64,000 nucleotides of DNA from Eledone cirrhosa. Taxonomy: Eukaryota. The notes below the pieces were generated by a model. That model was not told where the DNA came from, did no database searches, and was given only the letters and a program-made list of their open reading frames with translations. The stretch is from NCBI GenBank assembly GCA_964016885.1, contig OZ024742.1:51832001-51896000 (forward strand). The letters are read 5' to 3'. Of this stretch, positions 43,101 through 56,294 are shown piece by piece. A program made the translations under genes and the position numbers. Within the stretch, counting starts at the first letter, position 1. Each line of letters opens with the position of its first letter.

Positions 43101-43190
43101 CTGTATTGTCCTGCACTGTCCTTAATGTCTACTTCATGTAAACCCTTGTGGTTAATAAAGAAATCATTATTATTATTATTATTATAATTA
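37161..43190 (+). mobile_element. Full-length L1/Tx1-type LINE subfamily II, copy C (frameshifted)
   Basis: ORF1 37376-39474 with CFRCGSKTHLRAFC near 38498-38539; ORF2 39510-42909 with APE, RT (VYADD) and a C-terminal zinc motif. (ATT)n on both sides. Confidence 0.93.
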
Positions 43191-43207
43191 TTATTCATAT
43201 TATTATT

Positions 43208-43391
43208 GAGTCTCAGTTATTGATGTTATTTAACTGGAAAGTTTGTTGAAATGAATATCAAGCCGCTACCTGCAGCCTCAGATATTCAGGATGTATCGGA
43301 GGGTTCTTGCTGTTCCCAGCATGCATGCCTTTGGAAGTGTTCCAAAATGCGGCGCTGGACTAATCTTCTTTAACTATCCTGGGGAACACTT
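43208..43391 (-). mobile_element. 3' end of an R4/Dong-clade LINE
   Basis: The minus strand reads PKACMLGTARTLRYILNI* (stop 43278-43280), matching the QKAVLLGTARILR-type C-terminus of R4/Dong elements; embedded in TAA repeats. Confidence 0.7.
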
Positions 43392-43407
43392 TATTATTAT
43401 TATTATT

Positions 43408-44127
<720 letters not shown>

Positions 44128-45749
44128 TATTCAGATGATGATGATAACATAGAATAAGGAAATGTTAACGAAATTAAGAATTTGTTAAAAGTGGAAGACT
44201 ATTTCTCGGTCTTTGAAATATTGGATGAATAATGTGTCCTACATTGAAGCTCATTCTTCAATATCTGTCTAAATCCATACTTCAGCTGGCATTAGTGTAC
44301 TTAATTGAAGATACTTAATTTGCATTCTATGAAACTTATCCGAAATTGTATCTTCACTAATGAGATATTTATATCGATTTCATTAAACACATCCTATAAT
44401 TGGTGAGACTTAGCACTGATTTAAAAGATTAACTTGCACGAATGAAATGTGTTTCATCATACTTTTATTTTTATTTGTCAACTATTCCAAACTCAAAACT
44501 CACAAACACCAAATTTGTATAATAATTGTAAGAGAATCAATACAATGATTAACTAGAATACACCAAAGTCACTTGTTTATCAAGGTCAACTTTCAAAATT
44601 GACCTTGACACCTAGATGTATACTGTTGTATAAATATGCACGTCTCACACAGACACATCATATAAATATATACGTATGTGTATATATATATATATATTTA
44701 TTTATATATATATTTATATATGTATAAACATATGTGTGTGTTCGTGTGTGTTCGTGTGTGTGTGTGTGTCTAAGTCTGTGTCTGTGTGTGCGTATGTGTA
44801 TGTTTATATATGTCTGTCTGTCTGTATGCATGCATGTGTGAATGTATGTATGTGTGTATGAATGAGTGGATATTTATGTATATGTATCACGGTATTCAGA
44901 AACTCAGGATGATTGTTGTCATTATCGGGCTAAGTGATAAATAGTGCTGCGCTTCATACGCTAGCCGCTGACAGTGATTGGTGCATTCCGTAAGTTCGCC
45001 AAAATCCATTCATGTAACTGATTGCATCAACTCGGCTTAAATCTCGCAAAAACCATTATTTCTTACAGAAAAATGTAGAATCACACTGGTCTACTATGAA
45101 ATTGTTTCTGATACCAATTTAGCTGAATATTTACTTATTTCAGGGCGCTGTATTCGAAAATGATACTCCTTTTTAAAGTTTAGATCTTGTTTTCGAGATT
45201 TAGCTCAAAGGATGCCTTTACTTTTTTAAAGAAAATGTGTGAAAGAAAGCAGGGTAGGTGATTGGAATTGTAAGACAATGTTAGTAGTGCAGGACCTATA
45301 ATATTATTAAATATGGTCAAATTCTTTCTTACTAATAAAAATTATTGTTAATATCTGTTTTTATAAGTCAACTAAATGAACGGGAGCCCCAACCGAAACT
45401 CGTCTTTGCTGGGTAATGTTGCTATATATGGCTGAAGTCAATTGTATGATACAATCATTGTTTATATTGCATTTATGGTTTGTTGTGTAATGCTGGCAGT
45501 GGTACTAATAGTTGTATCTATGGTGTGTAGGTGCTGGAAGTTGTGAAGGTGCTGATGGTGGAGGTGGTTTGTGATGTACTGGTGGGGCTTTTGTTGTGGT
45601 TGGCGGTATCTGTTTTTATGGGGACTAACTCTCGTTAAGTTTCGCTTCACTTAGCTTTGGATAATTCCTTCCAAGATACTGAAAACCCTGTTCTGTCTTA
45701 TCTATATATTTTATGAATGATTTTATCTGCCTGTTTGATATGTTTATCT

Positions 45750-46330
45750 TCTCTAAAACTCCTTGAACTCTAATTTTGAATGAATTAATGAATTATCTCC
45801 ACTGTTCTGGAGATGCTCAATGCATAAAGTCACCATAAGGCCATCGACATCATTACATACTACAAAGTTACCCTTCTTTGTGAAACGATGCCCACAAGTA
45901 TTTATGACAATACCTAAATAAGCAAATACTGATATTTGTTGTAACAAATCCGCTTTATATATTAGCTCAATGTTTCTAAGGCAATCATTTAGTTCACTTA
46001 ATTTCAAAGTATCTAAAGAAAAAAAAAACAAATATGGTGACAAGGTCTTGATCATTTGACATTGAAGTTTCAAACTCTACTTCAAAGGCCTCCCTTTCAT
46101 CACCATTTAATTCAGCGACTATTTCTGGAATAATAAGTGTAGGTAGAAATTGTCGCTGCGATACTGGGCGTCTGATACTAGGAACATCATGAAATAAACA
46201 TTTCCTTTCCTCTTCCCTATAAGTCCTATCCGACCTAGTTGTACAACACGGAAGTAAAAATCATTTAAATGATAAGATGTCCTACGCCGAACCAATGACC
46301 ATGCAAAAAGCATTGGCTCTAAACCCTCAG
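45750..46330 (-). pseudogene. Highly decayed DNA transposase, Chapaev3/CMC-like
   Basis: MLFAWSLVRRRTSYHLNDFYF resembles MPFAVPMVWREPxxHxxDCYFC, and SELNDCLRN...FVVCNDVDGLM resembles ELNDLVRD...LVFCNDVxGLM. Family assignment is from recall. Confidence 0.5.
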
Positions 46331-48718
46331 TTCAACATCCGAAAATGCATAATGAAATTAATATTTATATTCTGAAGCAGAAATATTTTGAAATTTATTA
46401 GACGACTAACTTTTCGACAGACCACGTATATATATTTATGATATGCATAGAGATAGATTTTGTCTCTGTATACATGATATTACATACATTGATATGGAAT
46501 GTTCCACCATATATCATTGATACAGAAATCAATTACAAATTCATTTCTCTAACTATTCATAAATTATTTCCTAAACCAACACAATTTCCAATATCTTTTC
46601 AACAAGCATAAGTTAATGGTCTAATACATTCAGAAGTAGAACACCTGATGTGTCATTAAATGTTAGAATGCAACAAAGATATGGCAAGAAAATCAAAACG
46701 GAACTAACGAATTGTAGTGCTATATTCGGTAAAAGGGAAAATGATCAGTAAACACTATTCGTCATATTTCTTGAACCTGTCTACCGGATATATGTATGTA
46801 GAAGCTGCGTCGGCATCACATACCAACCGTTTAAAGATTATCAGTACTAGTAAGATGATTCATTTTGCCACCGACTCATAAAGAACGACACATCACTGAA
46901 CTTTCAAAATCTATTTGAAGCTTAACATATATAAGCGATACCAGATTTACATATCTGATACTAGTAAAGTCACGGTCATCCACCATTTAAGAATGGATCG
47001 AAGTAATGTGATCATTGTCTGTATCAAAACATCATAGCATGTGCTATATTTTATTCTAATGGGAAGAATAGTGACTTGCCGATACATGCCAATATAAGGG
47101 AAACGCCTTCTCCATCATGTCCGCCGGGGCTGGGGGGGGGGGATGTATCACGTAACATTCCATATTTAAGTATGTGCTCTATCATATAAGTGCACGTGAA
47201 TGATGAAAGTAGGGAAAGTGTAGTTTGAACCGTCACTCACATCGCGAGTACAATCAAGGCAATATTTATCTAAACATTATAACACCGATTTTATCATGTT
47301 CACCTAATATACGGAGAACCTCGAAAAGAAATGACATATTTATACCATGACCTCGTAAGGAGTGTTATGTTGTTTTAATATAATATAGGTAAAACTAATA
47401 TAAATGTAATACGTACACACATACATAAATACACACACACACCACCACACACCCACACACATATATATATATATATATATATACATATGTATGTGTGTGT
47501 GTAGAGAGAGAGAGGAAGAAAGAGAGATGAGGAGAGGTAGAGAGAGGGAGAGTGGGTGTTAGAGAAAAATAGAGGTAAGTATGTTTGTAACTCACAATAT
47601 AATATATTTTATAATTATATTACAATCATTTATTTATTGAATCATAAAACCAATATTTATATACATACTGATTGAGGGATAAAATGGATATTTTATTAGG
47701 TAGGTAAATATTATTTTGCTGCCTGATTGTTAGATAAATGAGCCTTCTGTAAGGTTTCTGTTACTAATATTATATCCAAAATGGAAGTAGCTGTGTGTAA
47801 CAAAATTAACTTTCTTCAGAAATCATTGAAAGGATTCTGTTGCCTACTAAGAAGCTCCTATACAAACACTTGATCAACAGAAACACAGAGATTTGTAACA
47901 ATTATTCAAATATAGAATGAGTTGATTGTAAAGAGTGACAATTCTTACAACAGTGTATTCGTGCCAAAGCAATAAATAACATTTAAAATCCGGATGAAGG
48001 TAGAAAAGAAAAAAAAATCGTTCAATATATTGACCGAATAACAATATTAACTAAAGTATTTCACCCTTCTTCCCTGAAGATGAGGTTTTAACATTTCTTA
48101 ATGAGTAGGAGCTTCCTATTTCCCAATAACCAATAATAGAAGATTTGAAACAAGAAAAATTGTGTTACAGCTTACAGTGTTTCTTGAAAGAGACGATTAA
48201 TTTGTTTGCGAAAAGGTCAAGTGTATGACACTACAACGTTTTGAAACAAGCAAGAGCTCTACACTCTGACGGTGTTGTGTATAAACATATATATATATAA
48301 TAAGGGTTGACGGACCTAACATATTTATCAATGCTAATAACGGTTGTATCTCAGCGCACTCCATGGGCAATGTAAGATACATTACTAGAGTATACACAAA
48401 GTTATTTGCTTCAACACAACACACGTAAAACGGGTGCCTATAATATTCCCGGACTCGAGTTTCTGCCGCATTAATGTATCAGTATGATGCACTGTACCAT
48501 CTGTCTGCATATATTATGCAACAATGCACAATCGGCTTATGCGGCTTCATCAGCGGGTATCGCCTAATCAATAACCAATCGATCGACAGAATCCTAAGAC
48601 CAGTCTATATCAGCCATGACTGTTTGTGACGACTGACACAGTAAAGCTATTAGCAACTGGCACCCGAGAGGACTCTATCTCTCAACTAGCCACTGATTAA
48701 AAAATGTTACGTGGGGAG

Positions 48719-48780
<62 letters not shown>

Positions 48781-48784
<4 letters not shown>

Positions 48785-48979
48785 AAAAAGTATGACCCCG
48801 ACGGCAGAGCTAAAACCGTTTCGACGGCTGTTTCTGGACCAGTCCAGAAATAGCCGTCTAAACGGCTTGAGCTCTGCCGTCGGGGTCATACTTTTTCCAT
48901 TTTCCCACTCTACTACCCTAAGTATTGAGTACTCTGGTGCGTTATGGTCCATGTGGTTCCTCACCTCAATTCCTTTGTT
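48781..48979 (+). mobile_element. ~200-bp hairpin-plus-tail element, copy 3
   Basis: Hairpin 48783-48898 and the same tail; TA runs on both sides. Confidence 0.85.
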
Positions 48980-49475
48980 ATATATATATTGGTAAACGGA
49001 ATAGAAAATGCTGACAAATTGTTCACAGTTGAAAAATGGTTTAATTAGGAATAAAAGAGTATTAGTGATTGTATGGGTTAGTATTCAGTTGTGGTTTTAA
49101 GTTTTTAAGTTTTTACCGGTTGCGCATTTCTAAATGCTTTTCAAAAATAATTTTGAGATAGAGTGTCCGTGCTGTTTGCTCTGATCTGATTAGTTTTGGG
49201 AATTCTACCTGTTTTTATGTTAAAAAAGTGGCTCCAGCGTTATTTTTGTGTTGCAAACATTCTTGTGGTCAAAACAATTTTGATTGGTCGGTAGAGGTCA
49301 TGTGAATGTAAAAAGTTGATTTTGCGCCGAGACTGTTTTTATGTTAAAAAAGTGGCTCCAGCAAAAATTCTTGGTCAAAACAATTTTGATTGGTCGGTAG
49401 AGGTCATGTGAATAAAAGATTGGTTTTGCGCCAAGATTGAGAAATGACTCTTTCACAACAAATATGTGTGTGTGT

Positions 49476-49546
<71 letters not shown>

Positions 49547-49629
49547 TGTGTGTAGTAGTAGTAAGGTGTTCGATGCTGCGACAATGGCCAGCAGCGATGT
49601 GTGTCAAATGGCTATTAAGATAAGTGTGT

Positions 49630-49710
<81 letters not shown>

Positions 49711-50058
49711 GCAGAGTAATTTGTGGTGGCAGGAATGGTCAGTAAGAATGTGTCTGAAAGCAATGGGGGTATTTTAGCATGTCAAAAGAGATTTTTCAGC
49801 TTTTGTCTTATACGGAGAAGTGCGTGTGTGTGTGTATATAAGTCTCTTTGTATGTTGATGTACGCGTGTGTATGTGTTTGTGTATATATATATGTGTGTG
49901 TGTGTGTGTGGGTGGACCAGTATTTTTTCCCCCTGGTAAAATGGTGTACATTATTCGATTTTTTCAGTAAAATCGGTTCTCTTAATAGAACATCAAAAAT
50001 CTTAACAATAAAAGGTGTGAAATGATATTCACTATATATATATACACATACATATATT

Positions 50059-50097
<39 letters not shown>

Positions 50098-50239
50098 TAC
50101 ATACATATATATGCACATATATTTCTTTGTATTGCACCATAGAGCATGTGTGTTTACGTGTGTCATTGTGTTTATATGTGGGTAGAGATATGTGCTGATG
50201 TAGGTATGTATGTTGACGTGTGTATGTTGTGGGTTCGTC

Positions 50240-52034
50240 TTAGGGAGAAGTGTTTAGACGGGGTCCGTATTTGTTAATGAAGTAAGATTCCTTGCTGATG
50301 CGCTGGGTGTGGGTGGCATTATCTTTAAATTTGTAGAGGGGAAAGATTCTGAAGTTGGGATGATTTTGGGCGGCACAGGTATCAATGTGTTCACTCAGTG
50401 GTATTTTCCTGTATTCCCGTATTTTAATTTGGGATCTATGGACAGTCATGCGTTGGCGGAGGCTGTTTATGGTCTGGCCTATGTATTGTTATCGACAACC
50501 TGAACAAGTTAATACATATATTAGATTTTCCGATGCACATGTGAAATTGTGTTTTACTATAAAACGTTGTCCATCTTTGAAATAGAATTCCGAACCCTCT
50601 ATTAGGTTGATGCTAATGCCACAGTTGGGTCTATCGCATTTTTTTACTGTGGGTTTCGTTGTTGTGGTTGGCAGTACTTTGGCATGTGTTAAGATGTTTT
50701 TCATTGACTTGGATTGTCTTTTGCTCTTTATGATATCGTGTGTTCGTAGAATTTGGTTCATTCTATGGTCCTTTTTCAATACAAGGATGTTGAGGGCGTT
50801 GTGTGTGGAGATGTATGGAAGAGCTTTTAGTTTTGGTTGATTTACTTTAGGGTGTCTAAGGCTCTGGGTACTGAGTTTTAGGGCACGTTGGATTCCATTG
50901 TCAATTAGTGATGCAGGGTAGTCCCTGCCTATGAGTGTGTCCTTTAGTTCTTGTAGCCGTAAGTAGCAGATGAATTTGAGTCCCTCTATCACGAATTCTT
51001 TTTTGATGCGTTGTGGGAGTTCATTGTGGAAATTATCCAGCCAGAATTGGATAGCTTCTATTCCTAGGTTGTGGGGGATATTGGAGTATAGGTTGACTAC
51101 ATCGAACGTCACTAGTAGGGTTTGTTCAGAAAGTGGCATATTAGGGAGGTGATTGAGCATATCTAGGTCGTCCCTTATATAGCTTTTGATGTGCTTGAGG
51201 AAGGGTCTGAGAAGGGTATCAATGAAGTTGCTAAGACGGTGCGTTTCGCAAGCGGGGCCTGCTATTATAGGTCTTAATTTGAGATTATTGGGTGAGGGGA
51301 CATTGATGACTATGTCTGTGGCTTCCTTGCATGCCTTACTTATTGATTCGCTTTTATGTACTTTAGGGATACCGTAGAAAAGGCTGGATTTACTTGTGAA
51401 GTCTGTGATGGAGCTGAATTCCTTGTTAGTGAGTCCTTCTTTGTATTGGTTGATTAGAGCTTTTAGGTTTCTCATAATTTTCTGTTGATTGTAGTGTTTA
51501 GCCTTTTCGTAGTATGTTTCGTTTTCCAAAGTGGAGAGTGCTAAGTTGATATAGAATTCTGTCTCCATTAGGACTACTGTACTCCCTTTATCAGCCTCTT
51601 TAATTGTAATGGTTCTGTCGGTTTTTAATCTATTTAATTCTTCCCATTCTTTCTTGTTGAGGTTTGGCTTGTGTTTTTGTCTGTGCAAGTGTTGGTAAGG
51701 GAAGTTTGTGATGTGTTCACAGAATTCGTCCAGTATTTTATTTCTACCTTTTGAAGGGGTGTAATTGCTTCTATTTCTGGCTAATGATTCATCCTCATTG
51801 TACTGGTCGAATAGTTGTTCACTAAGTCGTAACTTTCTACAGAAGTCTGTGATGTCTTCCTTCATTTCATAGTAGTTAGGACGTAGTGGGGTCGGTGTGA
51901 ATTTAAGACCTTTGGAGAGTAAGTTGATAAGGTTGGGTGTTCGTTCTGCACTAGTAAGATTGATAATTTTTATTACTATCGGTTTCTCCTCCCTGTCTTG
52001 TGTTATTTTGTTTGCCTGTATCTGTGTGCTGTGT
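50240..52034 (-). pseudogene. PLE4 RT and GIY-YIG with the catalytic RT core deleted
   Basis: ORFs 50489..51865 and 50240..50449; the sequence jumps from EGLKFI to LRLQELK with no YxDD. Confidence 0.85.
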
Positions 52035-53120
52035 CTAAAAAATGGTTGAAGTAGAGGGGTTGTCTGCTGATGTTAAGTGGTCTCCTATGTTTGTTATATT
52101 CCTTGTTGTAAAATGTGGTTCGGGTTGGTGGTTGTAGATTGAATGGGTGTTCCTGTACTGCGAGTATGGGTGTGTGTTTCTATGTGCCATGTTGTATTGT
52201 GGTGTTATAAGCGGCCTACATTGTTGGTTGTATCGTGTGGTGTGGGTTTGTTGTGTATTGTGGAAGCGAGAGTTGAGAAAATGGTAATTACCTTGCTGTC
52301 CCCTTGAAGCGGGGAAGTTGTTACATCTATCATGGCGGTGGTATCTTTTCCCTATGTTTGACGATGAGGCATCCGCGTAGTAGTTGAGTGATTTGGTATG
52401 GTGTCTCCTTGAAGGGGGAAAGTTGTAAATGTCATTCTGGGGGAGATGATTTCTTGGGTTTTTGTTCTTTCTTATGGTAGCGAGGTTGGGAAGTTCATCT
52501 TCGGTGTGGTGCTTCCTTCTTCGTTTGTTAGAGGCTTGGGGGTTTGAGAAGTTGTTGTGCGGTTCAGTTATGGGTTTTCCTATTTTTATGAACGGGTTAT
52601 TGGAGGTGTAATCCGTTTGAAAAGTCGATTCATAGTGTAGGAACCAAGCGGCACTTTTTTCCCAGCGTTGAAGGGATTTCAGTTCTTCTCTGTTGCAGTC
52701 CCCTTTCCATAATTGGGAGATCTTCTCTACCTTGGGGCCTTCAGTTTTGTTGTTGATTTCCAGGAGGATCTCTTCATCGATGGTTTTGATTTTTTCCTCA
52801 TTTGTCTGGGCCCTCAGTTTAAGAAGTTCAATTTCTGTCTTCATTTTTTCCAATGCCATTCTTTCCCTAAGGTGTCTTTGAGGTTCGAGTTCATTTGGAA
52901 TGGACTTTATTTGTAGTTTACGGGGGAGAGTTAGAGGGGTTGAGTTAAGCCATTTTTCATATGTCTCTGCTTTGTTGTGATTTTGTATCATCTTCCAGAA
53001 TGAGAACTTTCTGTCTCTGAGGGATTTGTTCCATTTTGGAATTGTTCGAATTTTCATTTTGTGTGAATCAATCTCACATGGTTCTTCGTTGGTTTTTCCT
53101 GGGTTGGTAGTAGTGAACAT
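52035..53120 (-). CDS. PLE4 upstream ORF / N-terminal extension (helical charged region, then low-complexity basic region)
   Basis: 361-codon open frame directly abutting the RT frame; E/K/L-rich segment ERMALEKMKTEIELLKLR. Confidence 0.6.
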   Translation of the reverse strand: MFTTTNPGKTNEEPCEIDSHKMKIRTIPKWNKSLRDRKFSFWKMIQNHNKAETYEKWLNSTPLTLPRKLQIKSIPNELEPQRHLRERMALEKMKTEIELLKLRAQTNEEKIKTIDEEILLEINNKTEGPKVEKISQLWKGDCNREELKSLQRWEKSAAWFLHYESTFQTDYTSNNPFIKIGKPITEPHNNFSNPQASNKRRRKHHTEDELPNLATIRKNKNPRNHLPQNDIYNFPPSRRHHTKSLNYYADASSSNIGKRYHRHDRCNNFPASRGQQGNYHFLNSRFHNTQQTHTTRYNQQCRPLITPQYNMAHRNTHPYSQYRNTHSIYNHQPEPHFTTRNITNIGDHLTSADNPSTSTIF

Positions 53121-53175
53121 AGTTTGGATAGTATCGCAAAGGTTTTGGAGTTTGTCGCCGATTTATATATATATA

Positions 53176-54069
53176 CGATGTGGGTCAGAAAAGGTCCAGG
53201 ACTGATGTCACAAAAGATTTATTTCAAACCCAAATTTCACACTAAGAGTTTTCTCCTTCAAAATAATCCCCCTCGAGTCTAATGTACTTTTCCATCCTTT
53301 TCTGTCACGCTTGCATGCACTCCTGGAAGGATTCATCCGGGATCCTCCGCAGTTACATGGTCACGGCCTTTTTGATGTCGTCCATGTCTTCAGAACAGGT
53401 CTCCTTCGGGTCGTACTCGAAGATCCATGACTCATATCGGTGATGACTGTCCCTAGCAAGTCTGGTTCGGTTTCAAGACGCTCGTGGAAGTCCTGGCACA
53501 TTAGCATGCGTCGACCCTTCTTATCATCGTTCAGCAGTTTTGGCACCATCTTCGCGCAGACTTTCCGCATGTCCAAATCTTCAGTGAGAATCTTCCAGAC
53601 GCTGTCCCGATTCATGCCCAGCTCATTTGCCATCAGTCGGACAGTCAGCCGACGATCGCTACGCACCATCTGCCTGACGCGCTCAACGTTGACCTCAGTC
53701 CTGGTTGTTGAGTGCCTTCCGCTCCTGGGGTCATATTCCACGTCCTCGCATCCTTCTTTAAACCTCTTGCACCACTCAAAAACACGTGAGCGTGACATCG
53801 TCTCACACCATACACTTGCTGCAGCAATCCCACTGCTTCTGACGGAGTTTTCAAGTATGTTCGTGGCTCTATACTCATTGCTTGACGACCTGAAACAGAG
53901 GACATGTATATAAAATTATGAACAAAAAAGTGTGATCGCTGCAGAGAGCTAAGGTTATAGTTACATACTCCAAGGGGATTACTTTGAAGGAGAAAACTCT
54001 TAGTGTGAAGTTTGGGTTTGAAATAAATATTTTGTGACATCAGTCCTGGAACCTTTCTGACCCACCTCG
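53176..54069 (-). mobile_element. Mariner-type DNA transposon, internally deleted, with ~105-bp inverted ends
   Basis: ORF 53361..53798 (VFEWCKRFKEG..DPRSGR HTH, CAKMVPKLL); C-terminal EGDYFEG; TA at the left flank. Confidence 0.9.
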
Positions 54070-54084
54070 ATTATTTATATATAA

Positions 54085-54270
54085 AGCGGTGGATTGGCAG
54101 TATCGGTAGAGGGTCGGACGCCATGCTTTCCAGCATAGTTATGTCCCTTTACGATCTGAGTTCAAATCCCGCCGAGGTTGACTTTGCCTTTCATCCTTAC
54201 GGGGTCGATAAAATAAAGTACCAGTAATGCACCGTGTAATTGCTGGCCTTGTACCTAAAGTAGAAACAAT
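54085..54270 (+). mobile_element. tRNA-derived SINE with a Nin/Deu-like core, full length
   Basis: A-box-like ggcagtatcggtag, B-box gagttcaaatcc, core gcctttcatcc..ggtcgataaaat..gtaccag; 12-bp TSD attatttatata. Confidence 0.88.
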
Positions 54271-54305
54271 TATTTATATACAAACAAATATATACATATT
54301 TATAA

Positions 54306-54389
<84 letters not shown>

Positions 54390-54390
<1 letters not shown>

Positions 54391-55197
54391 TATATATTAC
54401 GCAAAGAGAAGTGTGTTACGTAGTGAGAATCTGTGTAAAGAATTATTACGAGTGGTTTTACCGTTACTGTATATGGAACAACATCTAATAGTTAGCAATT
54501 AAATAGAAAAAAAAACAATTCAGAATCAAATCTCTGGATTAGAGATTTAAATCAGAAACCTTATACCTATATTTTGCTGATACGAATCTCGTTCGTTTCA
54601 CCACCTATATGTGAAATGTCAGGTCACAGGGATCCTCAGTCAGCAAATGCGAGCACTGATCACTACACATCTAACCTCATGGATAGAGAGATTGCTAATA
54701 GACACGCTGGCCAGAGTTGGCGAAATCACGTGTTATTTGCATCAAATAACGGCTCTCATGGATTAGGGCAGACGCTATAAAGTGCAGCCCAACCATTCGA
54801 ATTTATTAGCTCAACAATTTGGAGCTCATTAAGTATACAAAATCGGAATTAAGAGTATTCCGCAGTACACTGTAATATAGGTGGTGAAACGACCGAGATT
54901 CGTATCAGCAAAATATAGTTATAAGGTTTGTGATTTAAAACTCTAATCCAGAGATTTGATTCTGAATTGTTTTTTTTTCTATTTAATTGCTAACCATTAG
55001 ATCTTGCTCCCTATACAGTAACGGTAAAACCACTCGCAATAATTCTTTACACACATCTCACTGTGTAACACACTTCTCTTTGTGTGATATATACTTGCAT
55101 ATGAGCTCAGAAGGAAATTCTCTATCCTTACTTGAGCTAATTATATTATTATTATTACAGTGAACTGCGAAATACTCTTAATTCCGATCTTTGTATA
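54390..55197. repeat. Overlapping inverted repeats
   Basis: 54390-54610 is inverted at 54875-55095; 54834-54877 is inverted at about 55152-55197. Confidence 0.8.
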
Positions 55198-55202
55198 TAT
55201 AT

Positions 55203-56164
55203 ATATGAATAAAGGGGTCCTTCATCAGTGATCTTCCAACCATCATCGGTATTTCTTCGCTTTAAAGACCATATACCTCCGGTTGGTGCGAGCAACGGCT
55301 AAAGAAAGTCGTTGGGACACGCAAATAAAGGGAACAGCGTGAGTGTAAACAAACAAAGATGGTGAAGCAACGAAAAATGAGGAAGAACGAGTCAAGTCCC
55401 AAATTTCCATGAATATAAGTTCGGTGAAATCGTGAACGAGAGAGAATAAAGACCATCAAACCTGGTTGAAATGTGAGCAAGGAAGGAATTCCTCACAGGT
55501 CTAACGGGAGGAAGAAGGAGACTAGTCCGTGAATTCGGTGAACATAAGTTCTGTGAAATCGTAGACGAGAGAGAGAAAAAAGGCGAACCGGCCTGGCCAA
55601 GCGTGCGAAGAAAAGAATTACGCACAGGTCAAACGGGAAGTAGCAGGAGGAGAGGTAGTAACAGAGAGTGAGTGACCTCACCCTTCACCCACTCACTCTC
55701 TGTTACTACCTCTCCTCCTCCTCCTTCTTTCCGTTTGACCTGTGCGTAATTCTTTTCTTTCGCACGCTTGGCCAGGCCAGTTCGCCTTTTTTCTCTGTCT
55801 CGTCTACGATTTCACAGAACTTATGTTCAACGAATTCACGGACTAGACTCCTTCTTCCTCCCGTTAGACCTGTGAGGAATTCCTTCCTTGTTCACATTTC
55901 AACCAGGTTTGATGGTCTTTATTCTCTCTCGTTCACGATTTCACCGAACTTATATTCATGGAAATTTGGGACTTGACTTGTTCTTCCTCATTTTTCGTTG
56001 CTTCACCATCTTTGTTTGTTTACACTCTCGTTGTTCCTTCATTTACGTGTCCCAACGACTTTCTTTAGCCGTTGCTCGCGCCAACCGGAGGTATATGGTC
56101 TTTAAAGCGAAGAAATACCGATGATGGTTGGAAGATCACCGATGAAGGACCACTTTATTCATAT
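55203..56164. repeat. Foldback element with ~470-bp arms and a 15-nt spacer
   Basis: Arms 55203-55674 and 55690-56164, with an internal ~120-bp duplication. Confidence 0.9.
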
Positions 56165-56197
56165 TTAACGCATTTGCGACCCCGCAGCACGTTTATT

Positions 56198-56294
<97 letters not shown>

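Larger units (their letters stand above)
48989..53165 (-). mobile_element. Penelope-like element PLE4 (Naiad/Neptune-like), internally deleted
   Basis: LLSKGLKFTPTP, KEADKG, YGIPKVHK-insert-RPII, TFDVVNLYSNIPH, Cys linker, NLIYVLTCSGC..YIGQT; 3' pLTR 48989 to about 49890. Confidence 0.88.

Noticed and set aside
48425-48460. Mariner-TIR-like cgggtgcctataatattcccggact
   Set aside because: No partner TIR or transposase remnant was found.
54085-54175. tRNA gene
   Set aside because: A/B boxes are present but belong to a multi-copy SINE head with a TSD; no cloverleaf is evident.
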